From Callorhinchus milii (taxonomy: Eukaryota): a stretch of 64,000 nt of DNA. Every line of letters starts with the position of its first letter. The stretch's first letter is position 1. The notes beneath the pieces were generated by a model that saw only the letters and a list, made by a program, of their open reading frames with translations, was not told the DNA's origin and made no database searches. The stretch lies in assembly GCF_018977255.1 (NCBI RefSeq), contig NW_024704742.1, positions 37,388,001-37,452,000 on the forward strand. The letters run 5' to 3'. Positions 49,689-62,500 of this stretch are shown piece by piece. The translations under genes were made by a program, and so were the position numbers.

Positions 49689-52600
49689 GTTAGTGCATGT
49701 TGATAGTTTAGTTCCAATCTTTACTGATGCTTCTTCTGTGACTGTTGGTCAGGCATTTAGCTGCAATATTTATACTGAGACTCAAGTGGCTTCAGGATTC
49801 AAATGATGGTGAATTAGTCAGTGGATCCGTCTTTTTACAAAAGAAATGCTTTGATTTAATGATCTTGGATGGTATCCTTTCATTGGTGGAATTGGGGTCC
49901 AAGATTTTTGTTTGCTTTTGTAATTGGTGTTAAAATACATTATAATAATAATAATTCTTGCATTTGATATTGCACCTTATCACGTCTTCAAGACGTTTCA
50001 AAGAGCTTCACAGAATATACTGTAAAGTGTAGTGACTGTATATTTTGTGGGCATTACATAATTGGGACACAGTAGATGATACTTTACTCATCACTTAACA
50101 TCTAATCTCTGACAGCAGTAAAAGATGCCTATTTTACAGTCTTTTGGATCTCAATAATATAGGCTTCCTGAGGCACTATTGGCAGCATCTGAATGAGCCA
50201 CAACATGAAATGAACCCTCGAGGAAGCTTTGTCTTCTGCCATTGCCAAAATAATTAAGGGGTTGCAATGGCAAATGAGAGAAAATTTGAGTTCAGCTCTA
50301 ACCCCATATATAAAGTATAACATGAAACTGATGTAATATACAACATTATTTAACAATGTGAATCAGTGCAAAATATATATAGGGAAAAAAATAGAACTTT
50401 AAAGCACAGAAGAAAACTATTTACCAATCGTGTCTGTGCCTTGGGACGTCCTCCCGACGTGAAAGGCACTCTATAAATGCAATCTTGTTGTTGTTGCTGT
50501 GCTGGCTCTTTTAACGAACAACCTTACAAGAAACAGAAGTGTGCACCACATTCTAGAAAAGGTCTGGTCAATGCTGTGTAGAAAATTCATTAGCACTTCC
50601 TGTGACTTGTGCTCTCAAGATCACAAGATCAAGATCCTATTTGTCATCTTTACTGCTGTCGCATCACTGTGCCGATACTTTCAGCAATATACCCACTAGT
50701 ACGTCTAAATCCATCTTCTGCATGATGTCCTATTGCAGAAGATACAATTTAGGTTTTATTCCTGCTGTTAATTCTTTCTGAAATCATCATTCTGTATTTG
50801 TCCATATTAAATGGCAGCTCAATGTCTGTGACAGCTGAGAGTAAGTGATCAGAAGTGACTTGCCTATCATTTCTTGCTAATCAGTAAATTCTTTTTGGCA
50901 CATGCAGTTTCTTGGCTGCTCATTCTGTGGCATTGTTCACAATTGCAAAGAATACTGACAGATCATATCTGGTTTAGCCACAATCCTTTGGAATTGTCTT
51001 TCAGCTCTGTGCTTCAATAATGTATCATTTTGTAGCTCAGTAGAGTTTATGGACATGAACTAATGTGTAATGGCATTGAGTCTTTATTGATGCACGTTTA
51101 GGACTGGGTTTAAGAAGTTCTTGCTGCATTTCCAATACAAAAAGCATGATAGAAAATAATGTTTTGAAATCTGCTAAAATGTATGAATCCAGAAATGTCA
51201 CACTTATTAATGGTGCTACAGTGCTCATGTAAATATGGCTTTTGTTATTATAATCCTTCAAAAGTATGGTCTCCAATGACTGGTGGCAGTGCATTCACCA
51301 ATACTGTCAATCTGCCAATAATTTGCTCTTGTAAAAATGGCCCAAAACTAGCTTATCCACTGAGTAGCTGAAACTTGCTGACTTGGAAGAGTACCAGAGT
51401 CATATTTATGTAGCAGTGTACAATACTAATGTTGGGGAGTGGAAAATCAGCGAAAGTTCCCGCCTCTCACTATCCACAGACCTTCCCAGGTGTGGACGTA
51501 TGGCGTTCAGGGAGAATAGATTTCGGACTTTGCTATGACTTTCCCCCACAACCCAACCATGAATTGCTTATTAATAATAATAATAATTCCTGGATTTGAT
51601 ATAGCCCTTCACAGAATATAGTGTAAAGTGGATTGACTGTGTATTTTATGGGTGAAATGTATCAACTTAGACTATGTGATTCCAAGTCCCGACGTAGGGC
51701 TTGAACCCACAACCTTCTGACTCAAAGGTGAGAGTGTTACCACTGGACCAGGCTGACAAATCAGCTGGTTAATAATACTTGCTAACACTTGCTATCAAGC
51801 CTCACAGATGAAAAATGCCCACTTGGACCAAGTACCAGGACTTTGAACCAAGTACCAGGGTTGGCACTCCAATAAGACATTAAACCGAGGCTCCGTCTGC
51901 TGCTTGAAAAGAGAAGGTAATTTATCCTGCTGTCCTGGCCAACAATCCCCCAAATTAAAAAATGGTCATTCACTTCACAGCTGTCTGTGGGACCTGCTGT
52001 GCACAAATTGGCTGTTGTATTTGCCGACAAATACAGATTCACTGCACTTAACAGTAAAATCCTGTGAAGTGCATTGTGCCACCAGGATAAGTCACTTTAT
52101 CAAGCGCAAAGATTATAGTAATTGTCTCTTGGACCAAGTACTAGAGGGTTAATTATACCTGTGAAACTATACCTCTGTAGAAGTATGGAGTCGAACTGTC
52201 AGAACACTTTCAGAAAAGAAGGGAATAAAATTAAACTGTATAAGCAAAAGAAAAACTTCCAAGCAGAGCTGTACTCCTCCTACACTATAACAAGCCTGAT
52301 TCCGAGATGGGTTGGACTGAGCAGCCTGCAGCTATCCATGGGACTGCCACTGTGTAAATCTGAGAGCTGCGGAACTGGCTGGGTGGAGCACAAGTGCACA
52401 TTTCTTACACACGTTAGCAGTTTTTAGTATAAAAAGCAGTTGAAAGCAGTTGAAAATGATAAATCGGCACAAGGGGCAGATGAACAGTTTGTCCTGGCTA
52501 GCAGTTCCTCAGATAAATTGTTACTCACTTCATGGCTGTTTGTGGAACATTGCTCTGTGCCAATTGGCTGCTTGCTGCGTTCATCCACAAACACATAGGT

Positions 52601-54485
52601 GCTACATGATACGATAAAAGCTTGTGAAGCGCTTTGAGACATCCTCCCGACATCTAAAGGAACTATGTGAAGTGCAAGCATTATTGCTTCTACTTAGACA
52701 AGTGAAGCACTGATCACTTTGAGGGAGTTGATCAACATTTCGAAAATTTAGGGAGACTGTAAACAAGCAAGTGTGCTTCCCGTGGAATGGAAATGGAGAC
52801 CTGAGTAGCATCCACAGACCCTTTGACCTGTATTGGAAGCAAAGTGGAAGATTATTGTATGAAATAACCTAATAAATGTCAAGTGTAGACACATTCATGA
52901 ACTCTAGTGACCTTGTATTTTCCAGAGGTACAATATAAGGGTATTGCTAAAGTCTTTTTTCACTCTCATTTAAAGAAAATATACTGTTGCTACACTTGGT
53001 TCATAGGCTACTTGAGCACCTAGAATTGGTGCTCAAGTACCTTGAGGTTGAGATGTCGAGGATATACTTTGTCCACAAAATATACAGACAAATCACTTTA
53101 CAGTGTATTCTGTGAAGCGCTTTGAGATGTCGCCACAAAGCGATAAGACACTTTATCAAATGCAAGGATTATTATTACTTGGCGGGTGGAACTCCAAGCA
53201 GCAGTGACGACAACCGACAAAGCTGCAAATTGATCTGAATGTATTAGTCTCGCAGGTTGCAGCTTTTTTTTCCTGTCCAAAGGGCTTCACCAAATTTACA
53301 AGGAAATTCTGGGCGGGCCAGCAACGCCTGTAACTTAGTTCTATCCAGCAGCAACACTTCAATCATGAATACATACCCCATCATGCAGAATTGACCGAAG
53401 ATTTAGTCTCTTTCCTTCCAATTGATTGAACAGTCTGCTCAGGAGATGGTCTTAATCTCGTCATCAGTCAACCGTGTTGGTTTGTTTAGCTTCCAGTGCA
53501 GTCCCTTCCCTTCACCATAATTATCTGTGAAGTACTTTGAGATGTTTTGATATGCTGAGGTGCTATAAAAGTGTACAAGTTCTCTCTTATAGCATGGCCT
53601 CCAGAGTGAGGGCATCTGCTAGAGTCAAAAAAATCAGATTCTCATTTTACAACCCACACCCCCCCCCAGCCCCATCCAAAATCATATCCCATTTTTATTA
53701 CCTCTAGTTTTTAAAATTATTTTTAATATTGGTGCATTTTACAAAGAAGTGTTTGGTATAGCACACTTGAAGGTGATAACTGACTTTTGCAAAGTTTGAA
53801 TTTCATATGGTTTTACAGTAGTAGTGACTGTACTTGTTGGCGCACAAGGGAGCCAAATTGTGCACAGCAGTGTCCATGCTCAGCCATGAAGTGAATGACT
53901 GAGGATACCTTGAAGATTGTTGGGCAAGATATCAGTGGGAAAAAACCCTTCTTTTTTGAGCAGAGCCATGCAATCTTTAACATCCACCTGAAAGGCAGAT
54001 TGGATCTCGGTTTAAGGTCTCATCCAAAGGACAACATGTTGAAAAATACAGCGAATATATATTTCTTTACCCAGTTGGTAATTAACTACTGGAACAGGCT
54101 ACTGGGAAGGGTGGTTGAGGCCCAGATTCTGCACTAATTAAAAAACAACTTGATGTTGTGATGGGAGGAAGCAGATTTGATATTCAGAAAGGAGATCAGA
54201 TGTTTTTATTTGGTAAGCGAAGTTAGACCCCACTCCCACCCTCTAAGCCGAATTAAACCAAGTCATGTTCCTCAAACAAGAACTAGAGTTGTCAAGCAAA
54301 CAACCTTTTTCCCACCACACAATCTAGGTCCTAGATCATGAAAGGATGACAAGGACCTGATTCCTTTCTTCATGACCACCTGAACAAATCATGGGGGTGT
54401 GATCACCTCTCTGGCCTGAGCCTAGTGACCAAGTGTGCAAATTGTGGTAAACCTGTCCCCCCCACCTCCCCTAAGATATCATCAT

Positions 54486-54806
54486 GGAGTCCTGTAGCTC
54501 AGTGGTTAGAGCACTGGCTTTGCAAGCGAGAGACCTGGGTTCAATTCCAGGCAGAGGGCGAAACCTTGGGCAAGTTTCCTTACTCCACACAGAGCCTAAT
54601 AATAATCCCGCCAAAAACCAAAAACAATAATAAATTGGTCATTTTCAATCTACGACTGTTTGTGGGACATTGCTGTGCGCAATTGGCTGCCGCGTTCGCC
54701 CACAAATATACGGTCAATTCACTTTACAGTATATTCTGTGAAGCGCTTTGGGACGTCCTCCCGACGTGAAAAGCGCTATATCAAATGCAAGGATTATTAT
54801 TATTAT
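54486..54806 (+). mobile_element. tRNA-derived SINE, young subfamily, full length
   Basis: Intact A/B boxes, CpGs retained, (TTA)n tail. Confidence 0.9.
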
Positions 54807-55196
54807 AATAAAGGGGGGAGAATCAGAGAGGGGGACATACTACATTTGATCTTAGACCAAAAAACAAGAGTTGATATTCAGAGAGGAGATCAGATGGGCC
54901 AAAGGGACTTCTTCATCTGAACCTCTCCTGTGATATTGTATACTATGTGGCTTGTGAACATTTGTCCCTTGTAGTAAATATTCATGTAATAAAACTACTG
55001 GCTGGCAAAGGAAGCAATGAAACACTGGACATATGACTAAATTCTCACTTAAAAAACAGGGTAATGTTCTTACTGGTTCGGTTTATGGGTTATATTCCTG
55101 TAATTTTGATTTGATGATTGAGCTTTTAGAACAAGCAGTAACCTTGCAGGAACACAGTTGCATTGCAGTGACATTTATATGTCTAGAGAGATTCTT

Positions 55197-55605
55197 TGGT
55201 TTGGATACTCTTAAGCATGGTGATGGGTTTCCGCATCTGACCCAAAAAAATACTCTTACTTTGATTTTTCCAAAACAAATGTATCTGCTGAACTACACGT
55301 CTATTGCTGGAGAATATTTGTCAGTATCATTTCTGTTTTGTTGCTTCAGTGACAGAAAGGCTACGTACTTGAAGCAGTATTTCAGTATTTCATTTATGTA
55401 TTTTTCAAGACACCTGGCTGGATAGCCTCTTATATCCTCTTATACATGGAAATTCCAGAGATATTTGTTTATATTTGGAATGGAATATGCACTCTCTCCG
55501 CATCCTGCTTAACCTAATTCCGGAAACTATTAGGTGCAGGTTGGCAAGAGCCAGAGTGTGTGTTGGAGTATTATTGGAGTCTAACCAGTTAAAATAGCAT
55601 AGCTA
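55197..55605. repeat. Unclassified interspersed repeat, copy C (rearranged)
   Basis: Right module forward at ~55197-55250 and left module reverse-complemented at ~55445-55605. Confidence 0.65.
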
Positions 55606-56597
55606 AACTGCAATTATGTTTTAAAAAAAACGTACATCTACAATATTTACAGTTTCAGGTTAAATCCATACTTTAGCAGAGTTGCATTGCTCTTGCTTCC
55701 AGATCGTGAATCATTGATTGTTTTCCTAGAATTTGCATTATCTCTGCAAGACAAGTTAGGACAGGCCGCAATATATTCGTGTTCAGCCATCAGACACACC
55801 CCAGATGAAAGATACTTATTTGTAAGCAGTACTACATTTGGATGAACCACTGTAGATTACAGTATCCAATGCCTGATAAGCACGGAAGGCTATTTGAACT
55901 TTTCTAAAGTAAATGTTAACCATTCACCAATACAAAAACTTCTAGTGCAGGTCGTACAAAGGAAGTGCAGGCTTTACAATACCTGACTTAGTGCAATATG
56001 TTGCTGCTGAAGTAGCTTTCATATCGGGTTTGTATATAGAGAATTTCTCTTTTCCAGTACAAAATGTGCTGGTTCTGGTCCCATTGCACATATACTTCAG
56101 CAAAGTCAATAACTTTTAAAACTTGACTTATTGTATATTATAGCTGAAAACTTGTACAATTACTTTTTGTTCAAAAAAATGTAATCTCAACACAAAGAAC
56201 AAAATTCAACATAAACATGGATGAGTTGCTTGGGACTAAATTTCCTTTCTTCTCAACCACCATCCACCCACCACACCCACACACGCACACACATACACTC
56301 ACTGATTTGCTCACATGACAGAAATGTAGTCCAAAACCTGATGATGTGGAATTGTTCAATGTTGTATGTGTACCATAGGTTGTATTGTCTACTGTAGTAT
56401 GAAAATCTTGCCGGTGACCTTGGGTGTACAGTTTTAACGAATAGCTTTTTTCTTTTTCCATTTTAAATTAAAACCTGGTAACAGAACAGACGGTACTCAA
56501 CTTAGTTGTCCTTTTCCAAATTCTACATTGCAGTATTATAAACTGAATTTAGTTGGAGCTTTCACCTACTGTTTTGCAAAATACAATGCATCAGCCT

Positions 56598-57022
56598 GAA
56601 TCAGTGGTAGCACTCTATCCTCTGAGACAGAAGGTTGTGAGTTCAAGCCCCACGTCAGGACATGGAATCACATTGTCTAAGCTGACACTCCACTCCAATG
56701 CAGTACTGGGGGTGTGTTGCATTATCAGAGGTGCCATCTTCAGATGAGACGTTAAACCAAGGTCTGATCTGTGTGTTTAGGTGGATGCATAATTAAGATC
56801 CAATGGCACTATACGAAAAGAGAAGGGAGTTTCTCCCGGTGTCCTGGCCAACTATACCTCAAATAAAATTGGTCATCGCTCCATGGCTGTTAGTGGGACA
56901 CTTCTGTGCGCAACAGGCTGCTACGTTTCCGTACAGTCAATCTACTTTACAGTATATTCTGTGAAGCGCTTTGAAATAACATGATAAGGTGCTATATCAA
57001 ATGTAAGGATGATTATTTTATT
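56598..57022 (+). mobile_element. Older Deu-domain SINE (SacSINE1/AmnSINE-like architecture), near full length
   Basis: tRNA-like head (TCAGTGGTAGCACTC...GTTCAAGCCC), central GGTGCCATCTTCAGATGAGACGTTAAACC...GGTGGATG...GATCCAATGGCACTAT...CCGGTGTCCTGGCCAAC, and the shared L2-like tail. Confidence 0.75.
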
Positions 57023-57045
57023 AAAGTACTAGGTTGTTCCTTCTT

Positions 57046-57381
57046 GAAGTCCTGTAGCTCAGTGGTTAAAGCACTCGCCTCGCAAGCGAATGACTTGGGT
57101 TCTGTTCGCAGCAGGGCAATATGTTGGGCAAGTTTCCTTATCCACACGCCTCTGTTTACCAAAGGAACCCAGTTGTTAGTCGATTGGCGGATCGCTTTTC
57201 CGGAGATAATAACCCCTCAAGAAAAATTTGGTCATTCAATCCACGTCACTCAGTGGGACACTGCTATGCTCAATTCACTGCTGCGTTTCACGAATTGAGC
57301 AATTGATACGATCAATTCATTTTACAGTATATTCTGTGAAGGATTTGAGAACGCTATATCAAATGCAAGGATTACTATTAT
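57046..57381 (+). mobile_element. tRNA-derived SINE, older long subfamily, in tandem behind the Deu-SINE
   Basis: Head AGTCCTGTAGCTCAGTGG, internal GCCTCTGTTTACC segment and tail. Confidence 0.8.
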
Positions 57382-58216
57382 TTTTTATTATCCATAATTG
57401 CATTTTGTGTTTTTAACCCTTTCAGTATTCACCTACAAATAATTACCTAGAAAATATAGTCCCTATATTTTTGCAGTAAATCCTGTGAAATGCTTTGAGT
57501 CTTCCAGGTAACAAGAATTATTATTGTTATTATTAGCTGTGTTTTGAAATAACCCCTTAGTCAGTAAATTTAATGTGACATACAGAATACAGTGATAGGC
57601 GCTGACTGAGGTAAACACACATCTCATGGGACACATTGATTGCTAAGCTGCTAGAGTCAGTAAGAGATGTTGTCTGGGGCGGGAAGGAGGACAAGGTTCA
57701 ATCGTGAGGGTGGTAGGCAGTTTGGAATTTTCCAAATGATTTAATACAGGCATTCCAGAAATCTCTGCAGAGCCTTTCCACAGAAGATTATTTGTGAAGT
57801 GGCTAGATTTTTATGTTAGGCTGGAGGGAGTGTTTAAAGTGGATAGATTTTGTCTGTGGACTGGAGAGAGTGGGCTTGAGGGACCAAATGGTCTTTTTTT
57901 CTGACTTTGTGCTTTGTTATAGACCAGTATGGTATAAGAGTTGATGCCTGGTCTGTGTTTTAATTGGTCTCAGCAGGAGTAGGAATTGTCTTGTACAATT
58001 AATCTCAGTGTCCCCAAAGGAGAGAGGGAGAAGAGCCTGGAGCAGTGTCGGAAGCAAAGGATTAATATGTCAAAGTAAATTTGGAAAGGGGGCTGGAATA
58101 AATGAGTGCAAACCACCATTAATTGGAAGAAGTGATTTGAGTTTTATAAAGTTATTGAGTTTGAAACTCAGTTCGTATAAGGCAGAGAAGAATAATAGTG
58201 GATTGGTTTGCACAGT

Positions 58217-58538
58217 AATAATAATAATAATAATAATCCTTGCATTTGATATAGCGCTTTTCACGTCAGGAGGACGTCCCAAAGCGCTTCACAGAACACA
58301 CTGTAAAGTGAATTGACTGTATATTTGTGGGCGAACGCGGCAGCCAATTGCGCACAGCAATGTCCCACAAACAGTCGTAGATTGAAAATGACCAATTTAT
58401 TATTGTTTTTGGATTTGGAGGGATTATTATTAGGCGTGTGGAGTAAGGAAACTTGCCCAAGGTTTCGCCCTGTCTGGAATTGAACTCAGGTCTCTCGCTT
58501 GCAAAGCGAGTGCTCTAACCACTGAGCTACAGGACTCC
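58217..58538 (-). mobile_element. tRNA-derived SINE, young subfamily, full length, apparent TSD ACAGT
   Basis: Reverse complement of the 18821/54486 type. ACAGT at 58212-58216 and 58539-58543. Confidence 0.9.
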
Positions 58539-58849
58539 ACAGTGATGAAGCAAGAGGGCTTGAAGGCTTCCTTGATGTGTGATAGAATTGTGGCGGGATG
58601 TCCATGGTGAAGAGGAGTGTACGGGGCGGAAAACCTGAAATTGTTGAAGTAGTGCAGGGAATGAAAATGCCTCAGAAGGTGCTTCTGTTTGTACATAAAA
58701 TAACATGTTCATCACCACCCAGCCTCCAGCTGTCCTCCAAACTCTACATCTTGGCTCTTACTCTCTTGGCCTTGCCTCAACTCCTCTATGTCTCCTCCTC
58801 AGGCTGCCAAGATGATCCACCCTTGCTTTGATCGTGTCCAGCCTTTATT

Positions 58850-59075
58850 ATAGAAATATACGAGTAGGCCATTCAGCCCCTCGAACCTGTTCCACCATTC
58901 AATAAGATCCTGACTGATCTGTACCTCACTTTCAATTACCCACCCTTGCCTCATATTCCCTTGATACCTTTACCTAACAAATATCTGTCCACCTCAGTCT
59001 TGAAAATTTGAATGGATCCAGTATCCACAGCTATTTTGGGGAGAGAGTTCCAGATTTCCACTACTCTTTGGGTGA
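58850..59075 (-). mobile_element. CR1 3'-end fragment (similar ones at ~180-300, ~10450-10590, ~11670-11845, ~62019-62220)
   Basis: GTAGGCCATTCAGCCCCTCGAACCTGTTCCACCATTC...CCACCTCAGTCTTGAAAATTTG, which resembles CR1 3' UTR and ORF2 end. Confidence 0.7.
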
Positions 59076-59084
59076 AAATCCCCT

Positions 59085-59590
59085 GCTTGCTGGAGTCCTC
59101 AGCTCTTTTCTACAAAGATACACACCATCCAGAACCCAGCTCATATAGACTCCCTCCTCAGGTTCCGCAAGCTCATCACCCCATCCTTGCTCTGCTCCAC
59201 TGGCTCCCCATCGGCCAGCAGATCGAATTCAACATCATAGTCCTCGCTTTCAAATTCCTCCATGGCCTGTTCCAACCTACCTCTGTGTCCTTATGCAATC
59301 TTACTGCCTTCCGCTCAGCACACAGCAACCTGCTTCATGTCTCCTGCCATACTGCCTCCATAAATAGTGGGCAAGTTTTCAGCTATTTTGCCCCCACTCT
59401 CTTGAACACCATCCTGGACTCCCTCCACCTTGTCCTCCCTCCCCACCTCCAAAGCCTGTCTTTTAATCTTATTTGTGATTGCTCTGTTACTCACTTTGTC
59501 ACCTTCTCCTCAAACCCCCATCCCAGGCTCCCAGTCAGCTGTGTGAAGCCCTTTGTGGGATGCTCCCACTGTGAAAAGGGGCCAAAATAG
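59085..59590 (+). mobile_element. Degraded L2 LINE 3' fragment
   Basis: ORF track 59012 contains LHWLPIGQQIEFNIIVLAFKFLHGL...GQVFSYFAPTLLN, homologous to the 12155 L2. Confidence 0.8.
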
Positions 59591-62500
59591 TTTTGATGAG
59601 TTGAATGGCTTCTGCCCTAATGCACTATTGAAGGTTGGACAAGGAGAGTGTGAATCAACAAAGTGGATCTGAGTTAATCGGGGCAGGAGCAAGATGGGTC
59701 TGCCAGGATGGTCCAGTTTATGGCCAGGATGGTCATTTCCACTATGGGAAATGATGAGATCGAACGCAGTGGAGAAAGATCACAAGGAAACTGGCTTGTA
59801 ATTCAACTGTAGAGTTGTCAACAATAACAATAAATTACATTTGTATAGCACCTTTCACATCAGGATGACGTCCCAAAGGGCTGTAAATCAAGAGGAAGAT
59901 GGGAAGAAGTCAGATACCATTTACTGTCTTTTTGCCACACCCATGATATGTTATTCTACATGAGGGACCCATATAAATGGAAGTTGTTGTTGATACTGAA
60001 AAGAAATGCACTAATAGCACATCAGTGAATCAGACAGTAGTTAGTGTTCAAAAGGGAACAGGATAAATACCAAAAAAGGAGTAAACTACAGGAGTATGAG
60101 GAAAGGGTAGGTAAATTAACCTGAAAGAATTGCTCTTTAAGGAACCAGGGCAGAAACGATGGGTTGAATGGCCTTTTTCGGTGCTGTGAATTTCTATAGT
60201 TCTAAATCTTCTCCAACATCTAACCTACTAAAACGGATTTATCTGCTAATAATCAATTTTAAACAATGTAACTGTCATCTTTATATTTATTCTTTTCTAC
60301 AAATACTATTCTGTCTTCTAACAATTTTTTGTCATTTGTTTTCACCTGCAACATTTTTACTTGCCTTTCCTCTTCCATCTCCTGCATCCCACTATACATT
60401 TTATAGTTGGGAATACATCTATTTCTCTCTGTCATGTTTTTTCATGAATTGAAAATGACTTAAAGGGGCTGGTTTTGCAGTCGGTGAAAAGCAAAGGCGG
60501 GTAAATTGTTTGTATGCTCGAGAGCAGCTCCAAGCTAGTGTCTAGTGCTTCAGGCAACTTTTAAAAATAAAACTGTGTTGGAAAATCCATGCTGGAGGTG
60601 AATCGGAAGATAATGGCTAGTGTGAGATTTGTTGAAAAGACAATGTTGCCATTGTAATCAAAAGCCTAGTGGGTCACTGCTTTAAATTAATTTTAACGTG
60701 CTCTTTACAAACAATTGCAAATAAGGAATTAGTCGGAAACTAACGTAGAATTGGCACCTGAGGATGTGTGGGTGTGGTCAATAGATTAAGGCTATTTATC
60801 TTGGCGTCTTAAAGACGTGTGTGTCACAAGGCTCCCTGTGGAGGGGGGGAAGGAGGAGATGAAAGGGAGGGAGAGTGAAAGAACATTTTCCAGGTGTTGT
60901 GGTTCGCAATAAATGCACAGTTTAAAGGAACTGACGAACAAAATTCAGTTTTACTTGAGGGAAACTGTTTCAGCAACTTTTATCGTTTAAAAATTGCATC
61001 TTTTGACTGCTTGTGCAGAACAGCTGATACCTTGCCAAGAGAGCCAGATGTTGTCGATTTCAGTGGCTCAGACCTTTTTGGAGGTATACGAGCATTGCTA
61101 GGCAACCATTACTTGATATGGTATTTCAGGAGCGCAGCCAAGGGAGCTCTGTCTGGAAGCACATGTTGCTTCTCGTAGCCCTGCACTAGAAGAGATTAAA
61201 AGCCTTTCCTGCTGGAGTTAGCACTGTGACAGCGAGTACAAAGAACGTGACCTGCTGATGTTGATATGAACGGACAAGCAAGGCTCTGCAAAAAAAAAAC
61301 GGGAAATCACGTTGCCAAGCTAGTGGATAAAGAGACATGTTTACTAGGGTAAGTTCTACTGTAGAAATGTAGCCCATGATTTTTACAGCACCCCCAGCCA
61401 GCCAGCAATAAAAGATCAATCTCTTAGTGACTAATGTGCTCACAGCATTTTGCAGTCGTCTGATTTTTGAAGTATTTTATAACTTTTGTTTTTGATGGTG
61501 GCTGTCACATTTAATGTTCCAGTCATCCATACTGTTTTTTTTAACAAAAAGACTGTACGCAACAGAAGGTTATTCGAAGTGCAGGTCCAAGATAACATCC
61601 TTGCTCTCTTTTCATGCAGTTCTCCAGGGTTTCCCAATACAGTACAAACAATGCATGGCTATTGAGTTGTGTAAACATTGGAGTTGGACTTACTTAAGCA
61701 GAATTCACTAGAGCAGATCCTTCTTAATCCTATTCACATACAAACGCACAGATTGTTTGTGGCAGTTTCCTTCCCTCCGCTCTTGAAGGTTTTGCAACAT
61801 TTTGAGTTGTGCTGGTTCCCTGCTGGAAACTCCCATGTGCACATGCAATGATGGAAGGAGAAGGGAAGGGGAAATGACGACATCACACAGAATTTGCAAT
61901 GATTTACTTGGGTCCTGGCACAGCCATGAAATTAACTTAGCGCTGCCCATTTGCCAGCACCACCACCTTTGGTGCATCTCTTCCAGAGACTTATGGGAAC
62001 ATGGCAGTTTGCACCCCACATAGAAAAAGGAATAGGCCATTCAGCCTCTTGAGGCTGTTCCGCCATTCTATAAAATCATGGCTGATCTGTACCTCAAGTC
62101 CAATTACCTGACTTTGCCCCATATCCCTTAGTACCCTGACCTAACAAATAGCTATCCAGCTCAGTCTTGAAAATGTGAATGGATCTAGCATCCACAGCCT
62201 TTTGAGGGAGAGAGTTTCAGTATACTTGCAGTGTGTGTGACTTTGTGTACCCCGTTTATTTAGTGCACAATTGCTCATGGGAGCTTGCAAATGCAAGACT
62301 CCAGTTGATGCCAACTGGAATGGCTGAAACTACCACAAGATAAGATGGTAATGTCTTCACTGACGTGATCAGCGTATGACTGTGTTGCCAGTGACCAAAC
62401 AGGATAAGAACAGGCGGGGTTTTCCACACCTTAAGTATGCTCCATATCCACTTGGTGTTGCTACGATTTCTCATCTTTCCACTACTGCAGCTCAACCCCA

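Noticed and set aside
49689..49950. Truncated AFF1 isoform by read-through into intron 3 (VSAC-stop) with intronic polyadenylation
   Set aside because: An in-frame stop exists (49701-49703), but I see no canonical AATAAA nearby, so it is unsupported without transcript data.
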